DNA of 64,000 bases from Nitrosopumilus sp. (GCA_965205675.1 OZ242186.1:224001-288000); one strand, 5' to 3'. Shown: positions 51,470 through 62,079, counted from the stretch's first letter. Numbers and translations: made by a program. The notes: generated by a model not told the origin, from the letters alone.

Positions 51470-52156
51470 ATGACAGATTCATTATTGGATGATGTAAAGG
51501 CTCTTTTGGATAAGGATTTTGGGGATGATAGAATTCTAAAACAAATTTTTAGAGCATGTGAAAATAATGAACTAATCAGTAATTATGAAAGAAATTATGT
51601 TACAAAACTAGCTGAAAAACACCTAGGTAAAAAACCTGCATTTATCCTCACTAGTGAAGAAAAACCTGTAATTCCTGATGTACTTTTACCTAAAGTTTCA
51701 TCTATTCAACAACAATCACTTCAAACACCACCACAGATATCATATTCTAAACCAAAAAAGAAAAAAATCATGTTTGGTATTGGTGGTCTAGCTTTAGTAA
51801 TAATTATTGCAGCTACGGCCTCCATTGGTGGTTTTATTGACGGTCCTGCTAAAACCATTCCTCCAATAAACACTACGCCTGTCTTATTTTCTATTCAAAC
51901 TGATTTAAAATCATATGAGAACAAGGATTTAATTTCAATTAGTGGAATATCTGACACTAGTGGCACTGTAACGCTTTCAATTGAAAATCAAAATAATGAA
52001 CTTGTATGGACTGAAAAAATCTCATTGAAAAATAATGGAGAATTTTCAACTTTAGCTATTGCAGGAGGTCCTGGATGGGAAAACTCTGGTACCTATACTG
52101 TTAAAGTAGATAATGGCAAAGAAACAACATCTGACACATTTTCATTTACTGTATAA
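51470..52156 (+). CDS. Single-pass membrane protein with C-terminal Ig-like domain
   Basis: Central TM helix; TD..SY...D.I.ISG and W..SGTYTV beta-sandwich motifs. Confidence 0.7.
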   Translation: MTDSLLDDVKALLDKDFGDDRILKQIFRACENNELISNYERNYVTKLAEKHLGKKPAFILTSEEKPVIPDVLLPKVSSIQQQSLQTPPQISYSKPKKKKIMFGIGGLALVIIIAATASIGGFIDGPAKTIPPINTTPVLFSIQTDLKSYENKDLISISGISDTSGTVTLSIENQNNELVWTEKISLKNNGEFSTLAIAGGPGWENSGTYTVKVDNGKETTSDTFSFTV

Positions 52157-52280
52157 TATTTTCAAATTCTTTCCAGTGTGAGTCTATCAAATCTCGTAAT
52201 TTTTCTATACTAATTTCATTCATGTATTCACGATATACAATGAACTTGTTTTGTTTACTTGCATCATCACTGTAAATATC

Positions 52281-52679
52281 TGAGACTTGGGCATAATTAT
52301 TTACAAAAATAATTCTCAGGGATTTCCTAACAGTAAAGCATTCTCTTCACAAATCGGATATTCTCTGCCCCAATTATACAGTTGTAATACACTGTCAACT
52401 GATACACAAGAACACAAACCAACACAAATGATTTGACATTGTATAATTCTCTTACTGGCATCACCCTACGGTTCCTGCCAGATCTGAATACTTTCTCATA
52501 CAAAGACAACATTCCCACCAAATGTAACACGATAAGAAATGATTCCGACAGAATCTCGCCTAGGAATTTTCATTTGTTTTGACATTCCAATGAACAAAAC
52601 ATGATAAGATCCTTAGCTTTTCCATTTGAATAATTTGAGAATTGACTCAAAAATTAGAATTAATTATGCCCAAGTCTCA
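52281..52679 (-). mobile_element. 399-bp internally deleted derivative of the 29744-30887 element family
   Basis: Same 16-bp TIRs; 5' part near-identical to the 29744 copy and joined directly to a transposase C-terminus (..KRMLYC). Confidence 0.9.
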
Positions 52680-52733
52680 ACTAAATGATGAGCAAGGTTG
52701 TAAACTTTAGTAAAGTTCTATGATTTTTCTGAT

Positions 52734-52955
52734 TTATCTGCAGAAAAATTCACTGCCTGTACCCTTGTACAGTATAAAATATTCATCTTGATTTTTTCTG
52801 TCTTTTTTTGCATTTAGAGCGTCTTGATACATTTCAAAATGCTCTATCATATACAATTGATTACCTGGCTCTGCAAAATAATCAATGCCAATTAAATCAA
52901 ATCCTGTTTCGGGAGTTAACTTGATCTTTTCATCCTCAAAAATATCTTTAGTCAA
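52734..52955 (-). CDS. Small hypothetical protein
   Basis: 73-aa ORF directly downstream of tbp. Confidence 0.6.
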   Translation of the reverse strand: MTKDIFEDEKIKLTPETGFDLIGIDYFAEPGNQLYMIEHFEMYQDALNAKKDRKNQDEYFILYKGTGSEFFCR

Positions 52956-52973
52956 TTTCTAAAATAATCAAAA

Positions 52974-53537
<564 letters not shown>

Positions 53538-53602
53538 GACGAGGGACTTTATATATGACCTTTATATATACTAGTCAAATTTTCCTGAGATTTTTTTATT
53601 TT

Positions 53603-54058
53603 CTAATGATGTCCTATCCATTGATAACGATATTCTTCATCTATGATATCTGATACTATCTCTTTGTTTTTGATTTTAGTTTTTGGAATCTCTACATCAA
53701 AGAATCCTAATTGACCTTTCCACGGAATTGGAATTCTAAATAATTTTGGATTCTTTAACATGAATCCAAATGTTTTATTTTGAAAATCTTTTTCTGCATG
53801 ATGAAATTTTTTATCTTCTCTGATCTTTTTTTTTGAATCATATTTTTTCACATCATAAAGTTCAGCTTTTCCTACAATTCTACCCACTACAAATTTTTTA
53901 TCGATTTTTAATCGTTTAACATCTTTTGTTCTAATCTTTAATGGTGCATGAACTAAAAATTCCCCGCGAAAGTTAGTATTCCAACTGCGTAATTCTATGG
54001 TTTTTTTGCCTGAAATAATTAGATCAGCAAATGGCTGAGATACTGAAAGACATTTCAA
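53603..54058 (-). CDS. ASCH domain protein
   Basis: LSV.QP.A.LI..GKKTIELRSW.T..RG...HA and KGQLGFF motifs. Confidence 0.9.
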   Translation of the reverse strand: MKCLSVSQPFADLIISGKKTIELRSWNTNFRGEFLVHAPLKIRTKDVKRLKIDKKFVVGRIVGKAELYDVKKYDSKKKIREDKKFHHAEKDFQNKTFGFMLKNPKLFRIPIPWKGQLGFFDVEIPKTKIKNKEIVSDIIDEEYRYQWIGHH

Positions 54059-54062
54059 GTTC

Positions 54063-55613
54063 TTATTCTTTGGCTATCTGAATATATTCACTAGGATTTT
54101 TGCTTTGTCCTTCAGGCAGATTCGTAATTCCCCCATTCAAACTTTCAGTTACTATCCCTTTACTTGCAAGTACTTGAGCAGCCATCAATGATGTATTTCC
54201 CGCCATACAAATTAACAGTGATTTACCTTTAGAACCATCTAGCTCTTTACTGAATTCATCAGAAAGTTGTTGCGTTGATAATAATTGATTAACGGTACTT
54301 GCTTTTGGTATTGAAATTTTCTCTTTATCTACTCCTAAAGATTTAGCAATCATTTCAATCCCTTCCTCTTTTGGTGTATATTGAGTGTGAACCCAGATTA
54401 TTTTATCATATTCCTGAACACTTGATGATGCTTCATCTAATGAGACCTGGATACGTTGATTATTTGACATTGCTTCTAGATTTTTCCTATACTTCTCTAT
54501 GCCGTCAGCAACTACGACTATAAATTTACCCTTATCTCCATCACTGAGCATTTCTAAAACAGAATACAATGCAAGTGCTGTACTCTCACCAATATTGTGA
54601 CCTTTATCTACAAAGAATTTGAGCAAGTGCTTTGCTTGTCCAAAATCTACTTCATGCTCTGCTGCATAGGCGTCTGGATTGTACAACTTTAAACCATCAG
54701 CTTTATCCTTTGTTCTAATTCCTGCAACATCTTGACCTGCAGGCGGAAATACTACATGTATTGCTTTTTTCCCGTATTTTTCATTCATGTATCTACTTAG
54801 CCCTCCTGATGTGCCACCTGTTCCAAATGCACACATTATTCTATAGTCTTTTAGAGAATCTTCTTTTTCTTCTAACTGTTGTTCAATTTCTACTGCTGTA
54901 ACTCTTTGGTGTGCATCGATGTTTAATTCATTATCATATTGTTCTGGACAAAAACATCCATAGATTTTTGCAAGTAATTTTGCTAAATTAATAATATCTT
55001 GTGCTGCAAGTAGTGTTTCAATTTCAGAAATTGAATTGTCATAAATTGTAAGATCAAAACCTAATTCTGCAAGCTGAGAACGGACATTGCCTGCAGTAGC
55101 TTTGGCCTTTAGTACATCAGCATCACTGTCTTTCATTCCAGGTGCAGGACAAATATCCATATCCAAATCCATTATTTGGATATTTTCATTTCTTAGTTCT
55201 TTAAACACTCCTTCTTGTAATTTCCTTGAAACAAGTGAGATCACTGTTAATCCAAGTTTTGCCATTTGTCCTAAAGCAATTCCGAAATTACCTGATGTTG
55301 CTTCAATGATTGTTTGATCGCTTTTCAATTTGCCTGTCTTGATAGCATCATGCATAATGTGAATTGCTGGTCTAACTTTGATTGATCCAGTTAGTAAGTT
55401 AGCATCAAATTTTCCATAAACTTTCAAATCTAAATCTGACATGTCTAGTTTGTAGATACTTTTTGCACATTCTATGAGATCACTTGTAAGATCAACTAAT
55501 GGTGTTGCATTGACTACTTTATCACCATCTAAATGTGGTATCTTATTCCAAATTTCCCGTTCAAATTTTTCAAGTAGAGGTTTATCGATATCGTTTTCTG
55601 ATATGTTTTGCAT
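54063..55613 (-). CDS. PLP-dependent cysteine-synthase-like enzyme fused to a C-terminal rhodanese-like domain
   Basis: TGSIKVR (PLP lysine), EATSGNFG and GTGGT motifs; C-terminal LLICMAGNTS...SLNGGI. Confidence 0.8.
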   Translation of the reverse strand: MQNISENDIDKPLLEKFEREIWNKIPHLDGDKVVNATPLVDLTSDLIECAKSIYKLDMSDLDLKVYGKFDANLLTGSIKVRPAIHIMHDAIKTGKLKSDQTIIEATSGNFGIALGQMAKLGLTVISLVSRKLQEGVFKELRNENIQIMDLDMDICPAPGMKDSDADVLKAKATAGNVRSQLAELGFDLTIYDNSISEIETLLAAQDIINLAKLLAKIYGCFCPEQYDNELNIDAHQRVTAVEIEQQLEEKEDSLKDYRIMCAFGTGGTSGGLSRYMNEKYGKKAIHVVFPPAGQDVAGIRTKDKADGLKLYNPDAYAAEHEVDFGQAKHLLKFFVDKGHNIGESTALALYSVLEMLSDGDKGKFIVVVADGIEKYRKNLEAMSNNQRIQVSLDEASSSVQEYDKIIWVHTQYTPKEEGIEMIAKSLGVDKEKISIPKASTVNQLLSTQQLSDEFSKELDGSKGKSLLICMAGNTSLMAAQVLASKGIVTESLNGGITNLPEGQSKNPSEYIQIAKE

Positions 55614-55663
55614 CTAAATGCCATCAATATTTTACTCATATAAAATATCCTAATGTTTTAATT

Positions 55664-57226
55664 CTATATTTTTAAAATACTCATAACTTTATTTGGAATA
55701 TCATTTAATCTGCTAACTGCCATTGTTTTTTCATATCCCAAATGTCTTAGATTATTTGCTATTGCTGTAGACCTTACCGTGTTTGGACCTAATCCTAAGG
55801 CAACCATATTAATTTCTAATCCTTTAAATGATTTGATCATATTTCTGACTGCGTCCGGATCCGTTGGTTCTCCATCAGTTAGTGTCAAAAAAATATCTGG
55901 TCTTTTTGACTGTAAAATTGGGAACATTTTATCATATACTTCAGCTAGTGGCGTTGAACCATTGGCAACAATCCGTGCTAATCTTTTAGCTGTAATACTA
56001 TTCCATTTTACATTTTCTAGTTTAATTGACCAACATACCATTGCTCTATTTTCAGTACTAAATGCATAAACTGCAAATTTTACCTTAAGAAAAGATAATA
56101 CTTCACAAAGTGCCAATGTTGCTTTTTTGTATTCTATTGCATCAGGTGCAATACTGGATGAGTGATCTAATAATATCACAATCTTTGTTTTAATTGATTT
56201 TCTGATATCTGTAAAAAACGGTCTATGACCATCGATATAATTCTCTTCATCAAATTCATCTCCTGATCTTAAATGTTGTTCTTTCCATCCTGATTTCCAC
56301 TCTTTGAATTTCATTTTTAATCCATTTATCAGACTCATGTCGTAGATTGTTGTTTCATCAATATTTCTTGTTGATGGAACTTGAATTCCTATTGTTTCAG
56401 CTGTCAATCCTTTATTTTCTGTTTTCTTATTTTCGTCTAACAATACTTTGTATTCGTCATAAACATCCTGTCCACTTATAACTGATTTTGGATCAACTGT
56501 TCCTAAATCACCCTCTTTAGTTTTTGAAATTATTTTTAGCACTTTTAGTAGTTCTTCTGTTGATAATGCCATTCCAGCTTTCATAAAAGGTAGAGATACT
56601 GGAATTGTTAGAAGAGAATCAATATCTAATATTTTGATTATTTCACTTACATGTTTTTCAATCCATTCTGTATCTTGATTTTTTTTTATTGATTGACTAA
56701 CAATTTTTTTTGCAAATATTGATGCTTTTTTTATTTTTTCAAAATTACTTTTTTGTATGTCTCCTTTAATTGCACCAAACATAAAATATTGATAAAATGC
56801 CTCTACAATTCTTGCTTTACCATAAACTGTGTGCAATTGTGGTCTTGCAACAAGCATGTAGGTATAATTAAAAATTATCTCAGTGTCCATGCCTCTCCAA
56901 ATTTTTCTTCCCAATTTCTCAATTCTTTGAGTTTCCATAGTGTTAAGAATAAATCCAAATGCATGATCATCGCTGAGAATTTTCTGACAGTATTTCATTC
57001 TCATGGCTTCATACCATAATGAAGTTCTAAACTGTCGATATTTTTGAAAATCATCTCCAATTCTTTTTTCCAATGGAGTTAGAATTATTTTCTTTTCTTT
57101 TAATCTGGTCTTAGTTTCGACTTTATCTGAAATTTCTATTATAGCGTTATCTTTTTCAGACCATCTTCTAACTAGAAATGTTCCAATCTCTATTAGAGAA
57201 TCATTTTGGAGTTGAATTGTTTGCAT
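55664..57226 (-). CDS. vWA (MIDAS) domain protein, NorD/CbbO-like
   Basis: LLDHSSS, GSTP and LTDGEP MIDAS motifs. Confidence 0.85.
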   Translation of the reverse strand: MQTIQLQNDSLIEIGTFLVRRWSEKDNAIIEISDKVETKTRLKEKKIILTPLEKRIGDDFQKYRQFRTSLWYEAMRMKYCQKILSDDHAFGFILNTMETQRIEKLGRKIWRGMDTEIIFNYTYMLVARPQLHTVYGKARIVEAFYQYFMFGAIKGDIQKSNFEKIKKASIFAKKIVSQSIKKNQDTEWIEKHVSEIIKILDIDSLLTIPVSLPFMKAGMALSTEELLKVLKIISKTKEGDLGTVDPKSVISGQDVYDEYKVLLDENKKTENKGLTAETIGIQVPSTRNIDETTIYDMSLINGLKMKFKEWKSGWKEQHLRSGDEFDEENYIDGHRPFFTDIRKSIKTKIVILLDHSSSIAPDAIEYKKATLALCEVLSFLKVKFAVYAFSTENRAMVCWSIKLENVKWNSITAKRLARIVANGSTPLAEVYDKMFPILQSKRPDIFLTLTDGEPTDPDAVRNMIKSFKGLEINMVALGLGPNTVRSTAIANNLRHLGYEKTMAVSRLNDIPNKVMSILKI

Positions 57227-58042
57227 TTAGTTTCCAAACATTGAAGTTATGATGTCACTTACTTTTTGATATTCAATAGTTCCCCATTGCATGTATACAT
57301 TTCCAAAAACAATCTCTGCTGCTTTTCTTGGTGGCATTTCTTTATCTAATAATTTTCCAAAAGCAATGGTTTCCCTCAAGCTAGGCGAATAAAATAATTC
57401 TTCAACAGCGGCTGCTTGTCTTAATGTGTTTGCTAGTTTTATTGCTTGAATTATCTCAGATTCATAATTTTCTGAAACATGTTTTTTTACAATTTCTAAT
57501 TCTATATCTTCTGGCGGATATTCTAATCTAATTCGTACTGGAAATCTACTTAGTAATTGTGGTGGCAATTCTTTGGTTCCACTATGTGTTAGTGGATTAA
57601 TTGTTGCAACTACAAACCAGTTTTCTTTTGCTCTAATTGTTTCTCCAGTTGATTCTTTTAACACAATTTGACGTCTATCATCTAATGCCTCATCTAATCT
57701 GAGCAATACATCTGCTTCTGCTGAATTAATTTCATCTAGGTAAAGCATTTCTCCGGTTCTCATTGATTTGACTAGTAATCCTTCATCAAATTTGACGGTT
57801 CCATCTGTCAGCGTTTTGGTTCCAATCAAATGACTTTCTCTAGTTCTAAGACTGAAATTAATTGATTCTAAATTGATATTCTTATTTTTAGCAAAATCTC
57901 TCACTAGAGATGTCTTCCCAGTTCCTTTTGGGCCTATAATGAGCACAAAAAGACCTGTTTCGTATGCTTTGTTTAGTATTTCATTAGAATTATTCCAATC
58001 AAGATATTGTGCTTCTTCCAAAGTATGTTTTGATTGATTCAA
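57227..58042 (-). CDS. MoxR-type AAA+ ATPase (CbbQ/NirQ/NorQ-like)
   Basis: GPKGTGKT, YLDEIN, LLSRF and SLRE motifs. Confidence 0.9.
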   Translation of the reverse strand: MNQSKHTLEEAQYLDWNNSNEILNKAYETGLFVLIIGPKGTGKTSLVRDFAKNKNINLESINFSLRTRESHLIGTKTLTDGTVKFDEGLLVKSMRTGEMLYLDEINSAEADVLLRLDEALDDRRQIVLKESTGETIRAKENWFVVATINPLTHSGTKELPPQLLSRFPVRIRLEYPPEDIELEIVKKHVSENYESEIIQAIKLANTLRQAAAVEELFYSPSLRETIAFGKLLDKEMPPRKAAEIVFGNVYMQWGTIEYQKVSDIITSMFGN

Positions 58043-58062
58043 ACGATATTTAACATTAGATC

Positions 58063-59520
58063 TTATTTCCCAAATGCTTCTACTTTGGTAAATGCCGCAT
58101 CCATTCTCTGATGAAGTGTTTTATTCCACTCATCAAATCCCGATGGATCTTTTGGATACTCATTGTAATGTTCTACCAACCACTGGTTTTCTTTTGATGT
58201 GTATCGCAATCCATCTGCAACTGTTTTATTCATTACGCCTCTGATAAGCATTCCAAGTTTTCCTAATCCTGAAAAGTCAGGATGCTCACCTTTACTAATT
58301 GACTCTACATCCATATTTCCTAAGAAATGTTTCATACCATAACTGATTTGTTCGTTTGTCATTTGTTGCACTAATCTTCTAAACAGCTCAAGTCCTGCTG
58401 TTTTATATCCATACTCTTTAATGAAATCTAAATTATATTGCCATAGTCCTGCTTCTGAAATGTCGTTTGCTTCTAGGGCTTGTGCAACATTGTTTCCAAG
58501 AATTGTACCTGCAATTAATGCTGGTCCTATTCCACCTGCATCAATTGGTTTTGGCATCCATGCAGAATCTCCAATCATCATATATCCACCTGATACCATA
58601 CAATCGTTTTGTCTTCTAACTGAAACTTGGAATACTCCTGAATTATTGTTAATGTCTTGGGGTTCTTCTGATAATTTTGCATTTTTGATTGCAGTGTTTC
58701 TATAAAGATACTCTTTCATCAGTGATTCAACATTATCTTTTTTACCCAATCTCTTGTTTCTTTTATCCAAAAGAGATTTCTCAACTCCTAACCCAATGTT
58801 AACTTTGGTCTCCCCTTTTGGAAATACCCAGCCATATCCACCTGGAGCAATGTCTTGATCTAAATGAATAATACAATAATCTGGATCAAATTCTGTTAGG
58901 TTATTTTCTCCTTTTTCAAAATGCATAATGTATCTTCCAGTTGATTCCAAATCCCTTCTGTCGATTCTTTTTTCCACTTTAGTAGAATTTTGAAGACCGT
59001 TTCTTAGCATAGATGTAACGCCTGTAGCGTCAATTACAATTTTTGATGTTTTCTTGAATGGTTGTTTTGTTTTATTATCCACTCCTTGTATTCCAACTAC
59101 TTGCTGTCCCTCGTAAATTAACCCTGTTAGATTAATTTCATATTCAAATTCTATTCCCATTTTTTTACATCTTTGATTTTGAATTTCTGGTAGTCTTTGA
59201 CGATTTAACATAAATCCATCACCATCAAATGGAATTGCAGTTTCTGAATCTGGTGAGAATGCCATAACCCCTTTTACGTCATGTTCAATTTCTGGTTTGG
59301 TCCATTCTACTTTGATTCTCTTTGACATAAAATCGACTGCTTCTTTAGAGCATGCATCTCCACATACCCATCCTGCTAATGATTTTCGACCTGGTAAAAA
59401 TTCAGTGTTTCTGTCAACTACTAGAATTTTTAAATTTTGATTTGAGTAATGAGAAATAGCTTGTGCTGTAATAGTGCCCGCGAGACCTCCACCTGCGATT
59501 ATAACATCATAATCTGCCAC
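58063..59520 (-). CDS. Geranylgeranyl reductase family FAD oxidoreductase
   Basis: GGGLAG, CGDA, PGGYGWVFPKG and GDSA...P..AGGI motifs. Confidence 0.85.
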   Translation of the reverse strand: MADYDVIIAGGGLAGTITAQAISHYSNQNLKILVVDRNTEFLPGRKSLAGWVCGDACSKEAVDFMSKRIKVEWTKPEIEHDVKGVMAFSPDSETAIPFDGDGFMLNRQRLPEIQNQRCKKMGIEFEYEINLTGLIYEGQQVVGIQGVDNKTKQPFKKTSKIVIDATGVTSMLRNGLQNSTKVEKRIDRRDLESTGRYIMHFEKGENNLTEFDPDYCIIHLDQDIAPGGYGWVFPKGETKVNIGLGVEKSLLDKRNKRLGKKDNVESLMKEYLYRNTAIKNAKLSEEPQDINNNSGVFQVSVRRQNDCMVSGGYMMIGDSAWMPKPIDAGGIGPALIAGTILGNNVAQALEANDISEAGLWQYNLDFIKEYGYKTAGLELFRRLVQQMTNEQISYGMKHFLGNMDVESISKGEHPDFSGLGKLGMLIRGVMNKTVADGLRYTSKENQWLVEHYNEYPKDPSGFDEWNKTLHQRMDAAFTKVEAFGK

Positions 59521-59606
59521 GATATTGGGGTTTGTCTATCAGTATTTAAAATAATGCCATGAAATAGTCTATAAAACCAATTTCTAAAAATTATTGATCG
59601 ATAAAA

Positions 59607-59675
59607 GGGGTCGGTTCGTCGCGGCCTCTTCAAAGCTTTTGCTCAGACTGGAGCGGCTGTTATTTCCTCATTCCC
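59607..59675 (-). ncRNA. Candidate C/D-box sRNA with two guides complementary to 23S rRNA peptidyl-transferase-centre-like sequences
   Basis: GC-rich island; minus strand GGGA-ATGAGGA(C)-guide-CTGA(D')-spacer-TGAAGA(C')-guide-CCGA(D)-CCCC. Confidence 0.72.
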
Positions 59676-59706
59676 AAATTGAGTAGCTTGTTTATTCCTA
59701 TTTAAT

Positions 59707-60135
59707 CTAGTTGGCAGCTTGAAAAATTTCTGTAAATGTTTTGACTGTGTCTTTTTTGTTGTAAATGGGAGTATGAATTTTTAATTTTACTGTATCTTCT
59801 CCTCCAACTGTTAGATTCCCTTTGATCAATTCCTGCTTGCCTAGTCTCATATGAAATCTAGAATCTACTGTTCGTTCCTCAATTTCTTCAACTAACTTAT
59901 CTATTTGTTTTACTGGTAATAGTTTTAGTATTTTCTTCATCAGTTCTTGAGCCTGTTTTTTTACAATATTTGCTTTTAACATAATTATTGGATTTTCATA
60001 ATGTCCTTCTACTTTTGCAATAACAAAATCCGCTTCTTTTAGATTTAAAATATTCTCAAAGGCTTGAAAGATTTTTGAAATGTCTTCTGTTGCATGAACA
60101 ATTACATCAATTGTAATTTCAATCTTATTTGCCAT
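59707..60135 (-). CDS. Archaeal RNA-binding protein (exosome/RNase P-associated family)
   Basis: VHATED, EGHYENPI and RLGKQ motifs. Confidence 0.75.
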   Translation of the reverse strand: MANKIEITIDVIVHATEDISKIFQAFENILNLKEADFVIAKVEGHYENPIIMLKANIVKKQAQELMKKILKLLPVKQIDKLVEEIEERTVDSRFHMRLGKQELIKGNLTVGGEDTVKLKIHTPIYNKKDTVKTFTEIFQAAN

Positions 60136-60161
60136 GATTGTAAAAGAATAATTTTTGTTGG

Positions 60162-60773
60162 TTATGCTTCTAGTAATTTTGTTTCTTTATCTGCGGTTCT
60201 GATTAATTTTACTTTTTCTAGACCTACATGTCTTACTCTAATTACTTTCTTGAATGCTGCCATAATATCTGAGTTAATTTTACTGTAACATGTTGCTTGA
60301 ACAAATTGATCAATTGTCATCTCTGGAATTGTCTTGTTAATCACATCCCTGGCAATTAATCTGAGAGCATGTTGTCTAGATGTATTTAGCTGTCTGTGTG
60401 TTAAAGCAAGTAATTTAACTCTGAAAATATAGCCATCTTTTGTTTTAATATCTATAATAAAATTGATTTTTGATGAACCTCTTCTCACCAAACTACGTAA
60501 GAATTCTTTAGAGTATTCATATCTCTTGAAGATAGTTGATGCCTTATCTCCATCAACTTTGTTAATTTGGAAATAGATTTTGTATTGATGTTGTGAAGGA
60601 TCTCCTTTTAGAATATCATATAATGTAACTTCTAAAACTCTACCTGCTGTGTTTTCATCGTCTGTAATTGGAACATAGGCAATTGGGACATTGTTAAATG
60701 AATCTGGTGCATATGCTGTAACCCAGCGTTTTTCTCGCCACTTGTCCTTTACTCGACCTTTTCTACGTGCCAA
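60162..60773 (-). CDS. rps3ae: 30S ribosomal protein S3Ae (eS1)
   Basis: KDKWREKRW...AP, GRVLEVTL and LRSLVRRGSSKI motifs. Confidence 0.95.
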   Translation of the reverse strand: MARRKGRVKDKWREKRWVTAYAPDSFNNVPIAYVPITDDENTAGRVLEVTLYDILKGDPSQHQYKIYFQINKVDGDKASTIFKRYEYSKEFLRSLVRRGSSKINFIIDIKTKDGYIFRVKLLALTHRQLNTSRQHALRLIARDVINKTIPEMTIDQFVQATCYSKINSDIMAAFKKVIRVRHVGLEKVKLIRTADKETKLLEA

Positions 60774-60813
60774 TTATTAACGACCTTTGAACCCAAAATA
60801 TAAGGGTATATCA

Positions 60814-62079
60814 CTAGATCTCTTTTTGATTTCCCATGTAATTCTGTAAAACACTTGGAATTCTAATGTGTCCATCTTTAGTCTGGAAATTCTCCATTAT
60901 TGATACTAAAATTCTTGTTGTAGCAATCAGGGTACTGTTTAACGTATGTACGTATCGAGTATCTTCATTTGTTTTATCTCTAAATCTAATTTTCAATCGT
61001 CTTGCTTGATAATCTAAACAATTTGAACATGAAACAATTTCTCGATATGCGTTTTGTCCTGTCATCCAAGCTTCAATATCATATGTTTTTGCTGAAACCT
61101 TTCCCATGTCTCCAGTTGATAGTAACATCACTCTGTGAGGAATTTCCAAGTTTTGATAAAATTCTTCGGCAACTGTCAACATTCTTTCATGTTCCTTCCA
61201 GGAATCTTCAGGTCTTGAAAATACAAATTGTTCGATTTTATCAAACTGATGAACTCTGAAAATCCCTTTTTGATCTCGTCCGTGGGCGCCTGCTTCCTTT
61301 CTAAAACATGGACTAACTCCTGCATATCTTAAAGGCAAATCTTTTCCTTCTAGAATTTCTTTTGCTCTCATTGCTGCCATGGCATGCTCTGATGTTCCAA
61401 TCATGTATAGATCCTCATTTTCTATTTTGTAGATAACTTCTTCAAAATCATCTGCAATTACAGCTCCTTCCATGGATTCCCGATTAATCATGTATGGTGG
61501 TTGAACAAGTGAATATTCTTTTTTTGTTAGAAAATCTAATCCATAATGAATTAGTGATTGATTCAATCTCACAAGATCATTTTTCAGATAATAGAATCTG
61601 GCACCTGCTACTTTGGCAGCTCGTTCTAAATCTACCAAATCTAAATTCTCTGACATGTCTATATGATCATTTATTTTAAAATCAAAATTTGGAATATCTC
61701 CCCATTTTTTGATTTCTTTATTTGCGCTTTCATCTGTACCTACAGGAACTGATTCATGAACAAGGTTTGGGATAGTTAATGCTAATTTTGAATATATGCT
61801 CTCAATTGTACCTTGCTCTAATTCTAATTTTGTAAGGCTATCTGAAACTTTTTTCATTTCAGCTAAAATCGATGAGGTATCTTCTCCTGCTTTCTTTTTT
61901 TGAGAGATTTCTATAGCTACTTGATTTTTCTTTTTTCGTAATTCATCTGTTTTAATTATTAACTCACGTCTTTTCTGATCAGATTCAACTAATCCATCTA
62001 AATCAAAATCAACTGCCCTTGCTTTGAGCATATCTTGAATCATTTGTGGTTTTTCTTTGATTAGTTTTGGATCTAACAT
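60814..62079 (-). CDS. serS: Seryl-tRNA synthetase
   Basis: GTSE, FRKEAG, FRVHQFDKIE, EIVSCSNC and HTLNST motifs. Confidence 0.97.
   Translation of the reverse strand: MLDPKLIKEKPQMIQDMLKARAVDFDLDGLVESDQKRRELIIKTDELRKKKNQVAIEISQKKKAGEDTSSILAEMKKVSDSLTKLELEQGTIESIYSKLALTIPNLVHESVPVGTDESANKEIKKWGDIPNFDFKINDHIDMSENLDLVDLERAAKVAGARFYYLKNDLVRLNQSLIHYGLDFLTKKEYSLVQPPYMINRESMEGAVIADDFEEVIYKIENEDLYMIGTSEHAMAAMRAKEILEGKDLPLRYAGVSPCFRKEAGAHGRDQKGIFRVHQFDKIEQFVFSRPEDSWKEHERMLTVAEEFYQNLEIPHRVMLLSTGDMGKVSAKTYDIEAWMTGQNAYREIVSCSNCLDYQARRLKIRFRDKTNEDTRYVHTLNSTLIATTRILVSIMENFQTKDGHIRIPSVLQNYMGNQKEI

Noticed and set aside
52685-52732. ATGATGA...CTGA pair resembling a third C/D sRNA
   Set aside because: No convincing internal D'/C' boxes, AT-rich guides without a recognisable target, and only a weak terminal stem
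55664-58042. Nitric-oxide reductase or RuBisCO activase assignment (norQD/cbbQO)
   Set aside because: No norBC or RuBisCO in the window; only a family-level MoxR/vWA call is supported
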